DNA of 64,000 nt, taken from NCBI GenBank assembly GCA_963772655.1, contig CAVYYE010000003.1, positions 2,609,341 through 2,673,340 of the forward strand, written 5' to 3'. The notes beneath the pieces are model-generated. The model did not search any database. It was not told where the DNA came from and saw only the letters and a list, made by a program, of their open reading frames with translations. The translations under genes were made by a program, and so were the position numbers. The DNA is from an uncultured delta proteobacterium. GTDB taxonomy: Bacteria > Myxococcota_A > Polyangia > Haliangiales > Haliangiaceae. Below, one piece after another: positions 41,969 to 51,478 of this stretch. Each line of letters starts with the position of its first letter. Within the stretch, counting starts at the first letter, position 1.

Positions 41969-43165
41969 TCAGCGCAGCTCGGCGAGGCGGTCCTCGAGGA
42001 ACCGGCGCTCGGGCTCGGTGCCCGCCAGCTCGAGCGCCCGCCGGTAGGCCGTGCGCGCCGCGCGCTTGTCACCGCGTTGCGCCTGCAACTGACCGATCGC
42101 CGCAGCCAGCACCGGATCGTCGTCGAGCCGCGCGTCGCCCGCGACTTGCTGGAGGGCGCGCAACCCGACCTTCGGTCCGTGGGCATGCCCGATCGCGATC
42201 GCGCGCTGCATCGCGACCACCGGCGAGGGTTGCAGGGCGAGCAGACGATCGTAGAGCGCGACGATTCGCGCCCAATCGGTCGCGTCATACACGGGGGCCA
42301 ACGCGTGACACGCCGCGATCGCCGCCTCGACGTGATATGGCGACATCGCGTCGCCGGCCGAAGCCGTCGCGAGATGCGCGAGCCCGGTCTCGATCATGCC
42401 GCGGTCCCAGCGCGTGCGGTCCTGCCGATCGAGCGACACCAGGTTTCCGGCCTCGTCGACGCGCGCCGCCAGCCGCGCCGTCTGGAGCAAGAACAACGCG
42501 TGCAACGCGTGGCCTCGCGGGGTCGGAAACCGTTCGAGCACCAACTCGTGGAGCCGGATGGCCGTGCGGCAGAGATCCTCGTCGATCTGTTGCTCGCCCG
42601 CGTGGACGCTATAGCCCTCCAGGAACAGCACGTACAGCGTTCGCAGGACCGCGTCGAGCCGCAGTTCGACATCGTCGGTCAGCTCGAGCTCGACGCCGAG
42701 CTCTCGCAGCGTCTGGCGAGCGCGCAACAGCCGCTTCGCGATCGCCGCCTCGTCGGCGTACAGCGCGCGGCACAGCGCCGGCACCGGGAACCCGCACAGC
42801 GTGCGCAACGCCAGCGCCAGCGCACTCTCCACCGGCAACGCGGGGTGGCAACACACGAACATCATCCGCAGCAGCGCGTCATCTCCCGTCGGCGGATCGG
42901 GAACCGCTTCGATCGCGTCGAGCTCGTCGGGTGGCGCGAACCGTGCCGCGCGACGCAACGCATCGATCACGCGCCGGCGCGCGACCTCGTGGAGCCAGGC
43001 CGCCGGCCGTTCCGGTGGAGTCTCGCCCCAGGCCTCGAGCGCGGCGACGAACGCTTCCTGCACGCCGGCTTCGATCACATCCAACCGGTGCGGCCCGAAC
43101 GCGTGGGCGAGCGACGCGATGAGGAACGGCGCGTGCTCGCGATACAGCGCGTCGAACGAGATCAC
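41969..43165 (-). CDS. ECF sigma factor with C-terminal TPR-like extension (ECF42-type)
   Basis: N-terminal sigma-70 region 2 (FDALYREHAPFLIASL..) and region 4 (LRTLCGFPVPALCRALYADEAAIAKRLLRAR), ~200-aa C-terminal helical/TPR-like extension; GTG start inferred. Confidence 0.8.
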   Translation of the reverse strand: MISFDALYREHAPFLIASLAHAFGPHRLDVIEAGVQEAFVAALEAWGETPPERPAAWLHEVARRRVIDALRRAARFAPPDELDAIEAVPDPPTGDDALLRMMFVCCHPALPVESALALALRTLCGFPVPALCRALYADEAAIAKRLLRARQTLRELGVELELTDDVELRLDAVLRTLYVLFLEGYSVHAGEQQIDEDLCRTAIRLHELVLERFPTPRGHALHALFLLQTARLAARVDEAGNLVSLDRQDRTRWDRGMIETGLAHLATASAGDAMSPYHVEAAIAACHALAPVYDATDWARIVALYDRLLALQPSPVVAMQRAIAIGHAHGPKVGLRALQQVAGDARLDDDPVLAAAIGQLQAQRGDKRAARTAYRRALELAGTEPERRFLEDRLAELR

Positions 43166-43671
43166 GGCGCGAGCATCGCACGCGACGCCGAAAGTGCCGA
43201 ACCCCCTCCACGCTTGCGCGGGAAGGGGGCTCGTCGGAGTTGTCTTTGGTGGCGTGATCGGGGTGTCGGCGTGTGCGAACCGTAGCGTGCTAGGCCGGCG
43301 AGAGCCGGGGCGACGAGCTAAGCGGTCATTCCACACAACGTCGCGACGACGGCGACCAGCGCGTTCTCCTTCTACAGCTTACGGATCGTCACGTGCGTGC
43401 AACAAATGCGACCTCCATCGGTAACCCGGCTGACTCGAAGAGTCCCGTGGCTTTGCGTAGCCCGCTCGCGCGGGGGTTGCCGTTTCGTGGCGCGGGATGT
43501 TCCCCGCCTGGTGTCGATACGACTACCTCGAAGGACCTGCCCTGATACGAGTCGCTGTTCTCACTCTCCTCCTTTGGTTGGTCGAAGGTGATTGATTCCA
43601 CCGTAACGGAAGCGAGTGCGAGTTGTCACGAGAAAATCGACGACGAGAGATCGTCATCGCGCAAGCGCGCG

Positions 43672-43983
43672 CTACGACTCGGGCAAGTACGCGCGCGGTA
43701 TCGCAGCACCGCGAAGAAACTGTCCGCGACGGCGACGACGATTGAGTCGGTAGGTACCGAGCAGTGTGCCGAAACCGAGGAACACTCCCGATAACGCGAA
43801 CAGCCATGACACGCCGAGCGCCGGAACCAGCAGGCCGACGGTGAGTACGACACCGGTCCCACCGAGCGAGCACCACACGATGTCGGCGGCGTACCGACGC
43901 GACCACGCGTCGTACTCGAGCTCGCAGCTCGCACACCACTCGCGCTCGTCTTCGATCTCGCCGTTGCAGCGCGGGCAGGTCAC
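43672..43983 (-). CDS. zinc-ribbon membrane protein, hypothetical (possible anti-sigma-like factor)
   Basis: N-terminal CPRC-x13-CASC zinc ribbon, two TM helices, basic tail RRRRR; upstream and co-oriented with the ECF sigma gene. Confidence 0.5.
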   Translation of the reverse strand: MTCPRCNGEIEDEREWCASCELEYDAWSRRYAADIVWCSLGGTGVVLTVGLLVPALGVSWLFALSGVFLGFGTLLGTYRLNRRRRRGQFLRGAAIPRAYLPES

Positions 43984-44006
43984 GGGGGAACCGTACCGCG
44001 AAACGG

Positions 44007-44675
44007 TCAGGTGCGCCGAGGGAAGCCTTCGAACAGGTAGCCCTTGTCGACCCCGCTATCGATCAGGCGGATCGAGCAGTTCTGCGGGTTGCGCTCGTTC
44101 TCGAACCACTCGGGCGACAGGTGGCACCACATCATGACAAACGCGCGCAGGGTGACGCCGTGGCAGATCACGACGATGTCGTGGATGCCGTGGAACTCGG
44201 CGTCGCGATGGAAGGTGCCGAACGCCTGGTGGATCCGCTTGGCGACGTCGAACCGGCTCTCGCCCTGCGGCATCCGCGCCCAGAACTTGCCGCCGAACCG
44301 GCACTGCATGTCGTAGTACGCGAACTCCTGAGGGAACCGGATCGGGAGCTCCTCGTCGGGCACGCCGTCGAACACGCCGAACTGCTGCTCGCACAGGAGG
44401 ATGTGCTCCTTGCGATCGGTGATCACCGCACCCGCCGCGGCCTGGATCGCGTCGGCGGTCTGCCGCGTGCGCTTGTAAGGGCTGACCCACAACCGGACGT
44501 GGCGAAGACCGACGACGTGCTGCCGACCGAAGTGCTCGGCGATCTGGAGGCCAGCCTCGTGCGCCTGCTCTTGCCCGCGGTCGGACAGCGGGATGGTGTG
44601 GTCGGCGGTGGTGGCGTGGATCGTGGGATCGACGTTGCCCATCGACTCGCCGTGCCGCACCAGCAGGATCCGCAT
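44007..44675 (-). CDS. histidine phosphatase family protein (phosphoglycerate mutase-like)
   Basis: MRILLVRHGESMGN catalytic RHG motif; 222 aa. Confidence 0.8.
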   Translation of the reverse strand: MRILLVRHGESMGNVDPTIHATTADHTIPLSDRGQEQAHEAGLQIAEHFGRQHVVGLRHVRLWVSPYKRTRQTADAIQAAAGAVITDRKEHILLCEQQFGVFDGVPDEELPIRFPQEFAYYDMQCRFGGKFWARMPQGESRFDVAKRIHQAFGTFHRDAEFHGIHDIVVICHGVTLRAFVMMWCHLSPEWFENERNPQNCSIRLIDSGVDKGYLFEGFPRRT

Positions 44676-44926
44676 CTGCGACCATCGTAGCTGCGTTCCT
44701 GAATCAGGTGCTCCGTTCGAGCCGGCGTTCGTTCGCCCGCTGCCAACGGCGGTGGCAGGTCGTCGCTCTCGCGCGCAGTGCCGAGCTCGAGCTTTTGCCG
44801 AAGCGATCGCCAACCGAGTGTACGATCCGTGATCGATCGCCAACCCGATTGGCGGCGAATCGAGTTGCCGGTCCAATGACGATCGCGAGTTAGCGCGTGG
44901 AACTCGCGTTGCACACAGTGCGCGCC

Positions 44927-46330
44927 ATGTCGCTCCTTCGCTTCGCCTTGCTCACGACGTTGCTGTTCGCCTGCAGTGGTGGTGGGAGTGGGACCGGTGA
45001 CGACGACGTCGGACCCGACGCCAGCGTCACCCCGCCAGGCTCCACCGATCCGCTCGACGGACTCCCCACCGGTGTCGACCAGTGGAACGCGCTGTGCGCC
45101 AAGGGGTACGGCGACATGATCAGCGCGAAGTTCTGTGCGGGTTCGACACCGCCGACCATCACATCGCTCGCCCAGCTCGAGCAGTTCCTCGGGCTACGCG
45201 TGCAGCCCAATCCCAACAACGACCCCAACATCAACAAGACCATCCGGTGGACGCTGACCGGTCACTCGACGGGACTCGGCCTGCGCTCGGTGACGCCGCT
45301 GACCCCGCGCGCGTTCATCATGACCACGCCCAACAACACGGCGCCCAACCCGCAGTACCAGGTGGTGTCGTTCTCGCGCGGCGAGCCGCTGGTCGAGCTG
45401 GTCGCCAACGATCCCAACGCCAACACGTTGCGGTTCTTCCTGGTCAGGTTCCACCCGGCGTGCGAGGCCACGGGCTGCAATGCCGCCGACCTGCTGACGC
45501 CGTCGATCGAATCGGGCTGGACCGACTACACGATCTACGACGACGACACGATCAAGAACACCACGCTCGACTGTCTGACCTGTCATCAGCCGAACGGTCC
45601 CAACACCACCAAGATGCTGCGGATGCAGGAGCTCGCCGGCCCGTGGGCGCACTGGTTCTATATCGAGCACAACTCCAACAAACTCACGATGGACGACTTC
45701 CACGCCGCGCACGGCAACGAGGACTACGCCGGCATTCCGATGTCCGCGATCAACCCGTCGCGCCCGATCCAGTTGATGAAGCTGGTGCAGAACAACGGGT
45801 TCGCCAACCAGCCCGACTCGTTCGACAGCACCACGATCGAGAACGAGCTCGCGGCCACCGGCACCAGCGCGACCTGGAACGCGCGGTACGCCAAGACGGT
45901 CGCCGGCACCGCGATCCCGGCGCCGTACTACGGGATCCCGCAGACCGATCCGGTCAAGGTCGCCCAGATGGTCCAGGCCTACTCCGCCACGATGGCCGGC
46001 ACGCTGCCGCGCGACCAGATGCCCGACATCAACGACACCCTGCTCGATAGCGCGCTACCCGCGATGTCGATCCGCCCGAAGGCCGGCCTCGACGGCAAGG
46101 GCATCCTCGATCACATGTGCCGGATGTGTCACAACGGCCTGCTCGACCAGACCATCACCCGTGCGCGGTTCGACATTTCGCAGCTGTCGTCGATGTCGCG
46201 CGGCGAGAAGGACGAGGCGATCCGGCGGCTGATGCTCCCGGAGACCGACGCCAAGCACATGCCCCCGGCGCGGTTCCACACGCTGTCGGACGCCGAGCGC
46301 GACCTCGCGATCCAGGAGCTGTCGCAGTAA
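44927..46330 (+). CDS. putative di-heme c-type cytochrome lipoprotein
   Basis: Lipobox LLFACSGG; two CxxCH heme-binding motifs (CLTCH, CRMCH) ~180 aa apart. Confidence 0.65.
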   Translation: MSLLRFALLTTLLFACSGGGSGTGDDDVGPDASVTPPGSTDPLDGLPTGVDQWNALCAKGYGDMISAKFCAGSTPPTITSLAQLEQFLGLRVQPNPNNDPNINKTIRWTLTGHSTGLGLRSVTPLTPRAFIMTTPNNTAPNPQYQVVSFSRGEPLVELVANDPNANTLRFFLVRFHPACEATGCNAADLLTPSIESGWTDYTIYDDDTIKNTTLDCLTCHQPNGPNTTKMLRMQELAGPWAHWFYIEHNSNKLTMDDFHAAHGNEDYAGIPMSAINPSRPIQLMKLVQNNGFANQPDSFDSTTIENELAATGTSATWNARYAKTVAGTAIPAPYYGIPQTDPVKVAQMVQAYSATMAGTLPRDQMPDINDTLLDSALPAMSIRPKAGLDGKGILDHMCRMCHNGLLDQTITRARFDISQLSSMSRGEKDEAIRRLMLPETDAKHMPPARFHTLSDAERDLAIQELSQ

Positions 46331-46382
46331 GCGCGCAGGCAGTAACACCCGCCCTGCGTGCGTGGTATGAGACGTCTGCCCG

Positions 46383-49300
46383 ATGGCCGACGTCGACCTG
46401 GAGCTCGCCAGCATCGGCGTCGTGCTCGTCGAGGAGCGAGTGCTCCGACGCGTCATCAAGGGCCACCGCAAGTTGCGCGGGGTCGGCCTGCTGGTCCCGC
46501 ACGCGCATTGCTACCAGCTCCCCAAGGCCGACCTCGTCGACCACGTCGATGACGACGAGCTGACGGTCGACCTCGACAAGCTGCCCGAGCGGATCGTCCT
46601 GTTGCCCTCCGAGCGCGGCCGCGCGACGACCCCGGAGGAGTGGACCGCGGCGTGGCGAGAGATCTTCCACGCGCGGATTCACCTCGCGTTCGAGGACAAG
46701 CTCGCGGAGCGCCGGCTGACGCTGTCGGCGATCCGCGAGCGGATCAACCGTCTCGGCCAGACCGAGTTCGACGAGATCCGGTCGGTGCTCAAGCAGGAGG
46801 CGCTGCTGCTGCCTCCGGTCGACGACATCGCGACCTACGTCGAGTTCGCGGCGCTCTACCTCGAGCTCGAGAACTTCGCACCGACAGCGATCGAGCGCAC
46901 GTTCCCGGCGCTGTTCGACACCGCCCGGGTCGATGCCACGCTGGCGCTCGACCTCGACGCCGCGGAGCTCCTGGCGGCGGCCCGACCGCCGAGCGCCCCC
47001 TCGACCCCGGTGATCGCGTCGCACGTCGCCCAGATCCAGCGCGACACGCGCGCGGCAGTGCTCAGCGACACGGCGAAGCAAGCGGCCCACGAAGCCGCGC
47101 TGACCGCACGCGACAAGGGCAATCGCTCGCGCGCCGCGATCCTGCACTACCGCGCCGGGATGGCGGTCGCCGGGCGCGCCGACATCGAGGAGCTGGTCGC
47201 GCGCCTGTCGCGCGCGCTCGATCCGCCCGAGCTCCCGGAAGCCGCCGAGGCGGTCTCGACGTCGCGGCGGAGCACGGCGCCGCTGCCCGCGGTCGACAAG
47301 GAGACCGCGCAGCGCTGGGTCGACGAGCTGTGCAAGGTCGCCGAGTACGCGGCGCGCCAGACCTCGCTGCGGTTCTCGATCGGCGCGCGGCTGCTCTACG
47401 ATCTGCAGGCGGCGTGCGTGGTCGCCGAGCGCGAGGTCAAGGTCGTCGACGTCGCGACCTGGGCGCTGTCCCGCGGCAAGCGACCGATCGTGCGCGAGCT
47501 GCCCGCGACGCGCGAGGTCCGCATCGCGAAGCACGTCAAGGGCGCGGTCGCCAAGGTGCCGACGTGCGGCGTGCCGACGCCCGATCTCACGGCGGTGCTG
47601 CGCGACGTCCAGGCGCGCGCCGACGGCAACGTCCGCGCGGTGATGCGGCCGAAGATCGAAGTAGCGCTCGATCAGGTCGACCTCCATCCGCACAGCCTCC
47701 CCGAGCGCGTCGGAGAGAAGAAGCTTGTCGACGAGCTACTCGACCGCGCGGTCGCCGTAGGCCGCCTCTCGATCGGCAGCCTGCGCGACGCGCTGTCGAA
47801 GAACGACCTCAAGACCAACGACCTCACGCTGTCCGAGCTCAAGACCGGCGATCAGCTACTGCGTTGCGACGACATCCTGTCGCACTCGATGGACGGCGTG
47901 TACCGGCGCGGCGAGCAGTACATGCGGGGGCTCCAGCGCTTCAGCTCGGTGCTGTTCGGCACTCGCGTCGGCCGCTGGCTCACCCTGTACCTGATCCTGC
48001 CCGCGCTCGGCGCACTCGCCGTGATGGAGGGGCTCCAGCACACGGTCGGCCTCTTGATCCACAAGCTCACCGGCAACGAGCCCGAGATCTCGACGCAGAC
48101 CTCGAAGCTGGCGTGCGCCGCGTTCCTGTTCCTGCTGATCCACGTCAAGCCGTTCCGCAAGCTCGCGATCTGGGTCGGCCTCAAGATCTGGTGGCTGATC
48201 AAGCTGCTGCTGTGGGACCTCCCGCTCGCGATCTGGCGCCACCCGATCGCGAACCGCTACTTCGAGAGTCGCTTCCACGGCTGGATCGTCCGACCCGCGC
48301 TGCTCGGCGCGATCGCGTGGCTCGCGATCCCGAGCCGGTTCGAGATCCCGCTCGCCCGCGAGCTCCGTCACGTCGTCGCCGTCGGCGTGGTCATCCTCGC
48401 CATGGTCGTGATGAACACGCGGATGTGGAAGGTGCTGCAGGAGCGGATGGCCGACTGGGCCGTGCGCTCGGGCCGTCACGTCACCACGCGGCTGTTGCCG
48501 GGCGCGCTCAAGCTGATCCTCGAGGTGTTCAGCAAGTTGATCGAGCGCTTCGATCGCGCGATCTACCGCGTCGACGAGATGCTGCGGTTCCGCAAGGGCC
48601 AGTCGAAGATCGTCGTCGTCTTCAAGGGCACGTTCGGCGCGCTGTGGTTCATCGTCACCTACGTCCTGCGGCTCTACATCAACCTGTTCGTCGAGCCGAC
48701 GATCAACCCGATCAAGCACTTCCCCGTGGTCACGGTCGCGGCGAAGCTGATCATCCCGATCTTGCCGTCGCTGCTCGAGGGCATCACCAACGCGACGCAG
48801 CCGCTATTCGGAGCGTTCGCCGGCACGTTCGCCGGCTTCACGGTGCTCGTGCTTCCCGGGCTCGCCGGCTTCTTGGTGTGGGAGTTCAAGGAGAACTGGC
48901 GTCTGTACCGCGCGACGCGCCCGACGATCGTCCACGCGCAGGCGATCGGACATCACGGCGAGACCATGATCGCGTTCCTCAAGCCCGGCTTCCACTCGGG
49001 CACGATCCCGAAGCTGTACACGCGCCTGCGCCGCGCGGCGTGGCGCGACGACGAGCGCGGTGTCGCCAAGGCCAAGGAAGGGCTGCACCACGTCGAGGAA
49101 GCGATCGCCACGTTCGTCGATCGCCAGCTGGTGTCGATGCTCAACGAGGTCGAGTCGTTCACACCGACCGACGTCACGGTCACCCACGTCGAGATCGGAT
49201 CGAACCGCGTGCAGATCGAGCTCGCGTGTCCGAGCGTGGCGCGCGAAGCAGCGCGGATCCGGTTCGAGCAACAATCCGGGTGGCTGGTCGCGAGCATCCC

Positions 49301-49712
49301 GGAGCGCGGGTGGCTCGCTCACCTCGACGACCACGCGCGCCGGATCTTCGAGATCTCCTTGACCGGGTTCTACAAGCTGTCGGGGGTCGAGCTCGTACGC
49401 GAGCAGCTCGAGTACGCGTTGCGCGGCGAGAGCGGCACGCCGCCGCCGTACGACGTCGCCGACGAGGGGCTGCTGGTGTGGCCCGCCGGCGCCTACAACA
49501 CCGAGGCGATCTACGATCTCCACCGCGCCAAGCTGACGCCCACGATGCGCGGCGAGCCGTACGGTGGTGGGCTCCCCGATCTCGCGCGCCACCACGCGCT
49601 GTTCGCGCGCGAACCGCTGTACTGGTCGGTGTGGTCGACGGCGTGGCAACAGATCGCGCGCGGCGAACAGCCGATGCCGCTGCTCGTGGGGCCGCACCTG
49701 CTCGCGGCCTAG
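46383..49712 (+). CDS. large hypothetical membrane protein (soluble ~550-aa N-terminal region plus polytopic C-terminal region)
   Basis: 1109-aa ORF with consistent codon usage; multiple predicted TM helices in C-terminal half (e.g. WLTLYLILPALGALAVM, LACAAFLFLLIHV, IWWLIKLLLW, VVAVGVVILAMVVM, FGALWFIVTYVL). Confidence 0.7.
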   Translation: MADVDLELASIGVVLVEERVLRRVIKGHRKLRGVGLLVPHAHCYQLPKADLVDHVDDDELTVDLDKLPERIVLLPSERGRATTPEEWTAAWREIFHARIHLAFEDKLAERRLTLSAIRERINRLGQTEFDEIRSVLKQEALLLPPVDDIATYVEFAALYLELENFAPTAIERTFPALFDTARVDATLALDLDAAELLAAARPPSAPSTPVIASHVAQIQRDTRAAVLSDTAKQAAHEAALTARDKGNRSRAAILHYRAGMAVAGRADIEELVARLSRALDPPELPEAAEAVSTSRRSTAPLPAVDKETAQRWVDELCKVAEYAARQTSLRFSIGARLLYDLQAACVVAEREVKVVDVATWALSRGKRPIVRELPATREVRIAKHVKGAVAKVPTCGVPTPDLTAVLRDVQARADGNVRAVMRPKIEVALDQVDLHPHSLPERVGEKKLVDELLDRAVAVGRLSIGSLRDALSKNDLKTNDLTLSELKTGDQLLRCDDILSHSMDGVYRRGEQYMRGLQRFSSVLFGTRVGRWLTLYLILPALGALAVMEGLQHTVGLLIHKLTGNEPEISTQTSKLACAAFLFLLIHVKPFRKLAIWVGLKIWWLIKLLLWDLPLAIWRHPIANRYFESRFHGWIVRPALLGAIAWLAIPSRFEIPLARELRHVVAVGVVILAMVVMNTRMWKVLQERMADWAVRSGRHVTTRLLPGALKLILEVFSKLIERFDRAIYRVDEMLRFRKGQSKIVVVFKGTFGALWFIVTYVLRLYINLFVEPTINPIKHFPVVTVAAKLIIPILPSLLEGITNATQPLFGAFAGTFAGFTVLVLPGLAGFLVWEFKENWRLYRATRPTIVHAQAIGHHGETMIAFLKPGFHSGTIPKLYTRLRRAAWRDDERGVAKAKEGLHHVEEAIATFVDRQLVSMLNEVESFTPTDVTVTHVEIGSNRVQIELACPSVAREAARIRFEQQSGWLVASIPERGWLAHLDDHARRIFEISLTGFYKLSGVELVREQLEYALRGESGTPPPYDVADEGLLVWPAGAYNTEAIYDLHRAKLTPTMRGEPYGGGLPDLARHHALFAREPLYWSVWSTAWQQIARGEQPMPLLVGPHLLAA

Positions 49713-49733
49713 TGCGAGCTCGCGAGCGCGTTC

Positions 49734-50807
49734 CTACGGCACGAGCGGCGAGAACACGAACATCGAGTCGGTAGGCTCGAACGTCAGCGTGGTTGCACCA
49801 CCGGGCACGAACAGCCGCCCGGCGACCACCGCGCCGTGCGCACCCGCGCGCGGCTCCGGCATCGGTGCGTGCAAGGTCGGGTTGGCGGGATCCGGACCGG
49901 TCTCCCAGGTGTCGAGCGTCGGATCGTAGATCTCGACGACATCGAGCGCGTCGAGCCCGGCCTCGCCTCCCGCGCACACCAGGCGGCCGTACAGCGTCCC
50001 GTACGCGCAACCTCCTCGCGACGTCGGCATCGACGCGCGCAGCTCCCACACCGGGTTCGTGCCGTTCGCCGGCGATTGCAGCTCGGCGAGCGACATCGCG
50101 TAGACATCGCCGAGCGGACGCGTCGTCGTGAGGTCCTCGAGTCCGCCGGCGACGATCATCGTGCCGTCGTACATGCGCATCGCCGCGGGATGCGAGCGCG
50201 GCGTCGGCAGATCGACGGGGAACTGCGACCACGGGGACTCGCCCTCGGGAACACCGAGGTCGAAGTCGAGGATCGACGCCAGCGCGCGATCGGTGGAGGC
50301 GCCGCCGACGAGGAAGATGTGCCCGGGCGACACCACGACGGCCGAAGCGCCGCGTTCCTCGCCGATCGGCATCGACGCGAGCTGCTTCCACTGCGGATCC
50401 GGAACCCCGGTCTGGAGTGCGTAGACGTCGCCGCGCGCGACGAACGATCGACCCTCGAGCCCGCCCAGCAGGTAGACCACGCCACCGACCGCCGCGACGT
50501 TCGCGTGTGTCCACGCGACCGGGGCCGGTGGGAGCGAGCCCCATTCGCCGGTCAGCGTGTCGTAGGTCAGGACGTCCATCGTGATCGGGAGTCCCTCGGT
50601 CATGCTGGCCGAGAACCCGCCCACGATCACGAGCTTGGTGCCGAGCGAACCCGCGGCGGCCTCGAGGCGACGCGAGGGCATGCCGGTACCGTCGTCCGGA
50701 AACGGCACGGAGTCCCAGGTTTCCTGGAGCGATTGCGGCTCGGTCGTGGTGTCGCACGCCACCACCATGGCGAGAGCGATCGACAAACCGGCGCGGACCA
50801 CGCCCAA
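49734..50807 (-). CDS. Kelch-repeat beta-propeller lipoprotein
   Basis: Lipobox AMVVACDT; repeated GG/W/Y Kelch-like blades (VIVGGFS, VYLLGGLEG, IFLVGGAS, MIVAGGLED, LVCAGGEAG, LFVPGGAT). Confidence 0.7.
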   Translation of the reverse strand: MGVVRAGLSIALAMVVACDTTTEPQSLQETWDSVPFPDDGTGMPSRRLEAAAGSLGTKLVIVGGFSASMTEGLPITMDVLTYDTLTGEWGSLPPAPVAWTHANVAAVGGVVYLLGGLEGRSFVARGDVYALQTGVPDPQWKQLASMPIGEERGASAVVVSPGHIFLVGGASTDRALASILDFDLGVPEGESPWSQFPVDLPTPRSHPAAMRMYDGTMIVAGGLEDLTTTRPLGDVYAMSLAELQSPANGTNPVWELRASMPTSRGGCAYGTLYGRLVCAGGEAGLDALDVVEIYDPTLDTWETGPDPANPTLHAPMPEPRAGAHGAVVAGRLFVPGGATTLTFEPTDSMFVFSPLVP

Positions 50808-50863
50808 GTTTAGACCGAGCCGAGGTGTCGTGCGTGCAACTCCCCCACGGGAGCCTCGTCCGG

Positions 50864-51478
50864 ATGCCTGTGACCCTCCATCGCACCGTGGTACTCGCGG
50901 CGCTGCTCGCCTCGGCGGGAACGGCCGCCGCGGACGACGGCGATGCTGCCGATGGCCCGCCGGTGCCGCACCACGCGATCACCGTCGGTGGGATCGGCTA
51001 CGGCGGCCGGGTCGCCGGCGTACCGGAAGGCGGCTGGGGCGTCGATACCGAGCTATCGCTCGGACAGGGGCGCTACCAGCTGTTCGTCGAGGGGGCGGTG
51101 ATGGGCGCGATCCTCGGCGAGGATACCGATCGCCGTCATGGTCTCGCGCTCCGCGGCGCGGGCGGCGTGCGCTGGCTCGCACGAACGTTCGAGGTCAACC
51201 CCGGGGCGGTGCTCGACATGCACCTCGAAGCCTTCGGCGGTGCGGTTCGCGTCGACGTCGAGGATACCGATCCGGTGCTTCGCCCCGAGCTCGGCGTCGG
51301 GGTCGGCTACCAGGTGCGGAAACTCTCGGGGCGCCACCTCGGATTCCGGCTGTCCGCACGGCTGTGGTTCTCGCCGACATCGAAGGCGATGGCCACGGCG
51401 GTGTGCCGAGGCAGCTGTCCGACGGCCGGATACGACGCCAGCAGCGGCCTCGCGGTCGTGTTCGGAGTGCAGTTTTGA
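50864..51478 (+). CDS. secreted beta-barrel-like hypothetical protein
   Basis: Signal peptide MPVTLHRTVVLAALLASAGTAAA; Gly-rich alternating pattern; C-terminal VVFGVQF. Confidence 0.5.
   Translation: MPVTLHRTVVLAALLASAGTAAADDGDAADGPPVPHHAITVGGIGYGGRVAGVPEGGWGVDTELSLGQGRYQLFVEGAVMGAILGEDTDRRHGLALRGAGGVRWLARTFEVNPGAVLDMHLEAFGGAVRVDVEDTDPVLRPELGVGVGYQVRKLSGRHLGFRLSARLWFSPTSKAMATAVCRGSCPTAGYDASSGLAVVFGVQF

Noticed and set aside
43389-43601. 70-aa ORF in the ECF-sigma leader region as a real small protein
   Set aside because: Codon usage (many A/T third positions) is unlike the rest of the window and no motif is apparent; kept only as part of the non-coding leader finding.
43166-43671. tmRNA, RNase P RNA or SRP RNA in the lower-GC region
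   Set aside because: No GGAAAGUCCGG (RNase P), no tRNA-like end or tag-peptide frame (tmRNA), and no clear SRP domain IV motif could be found by eye.
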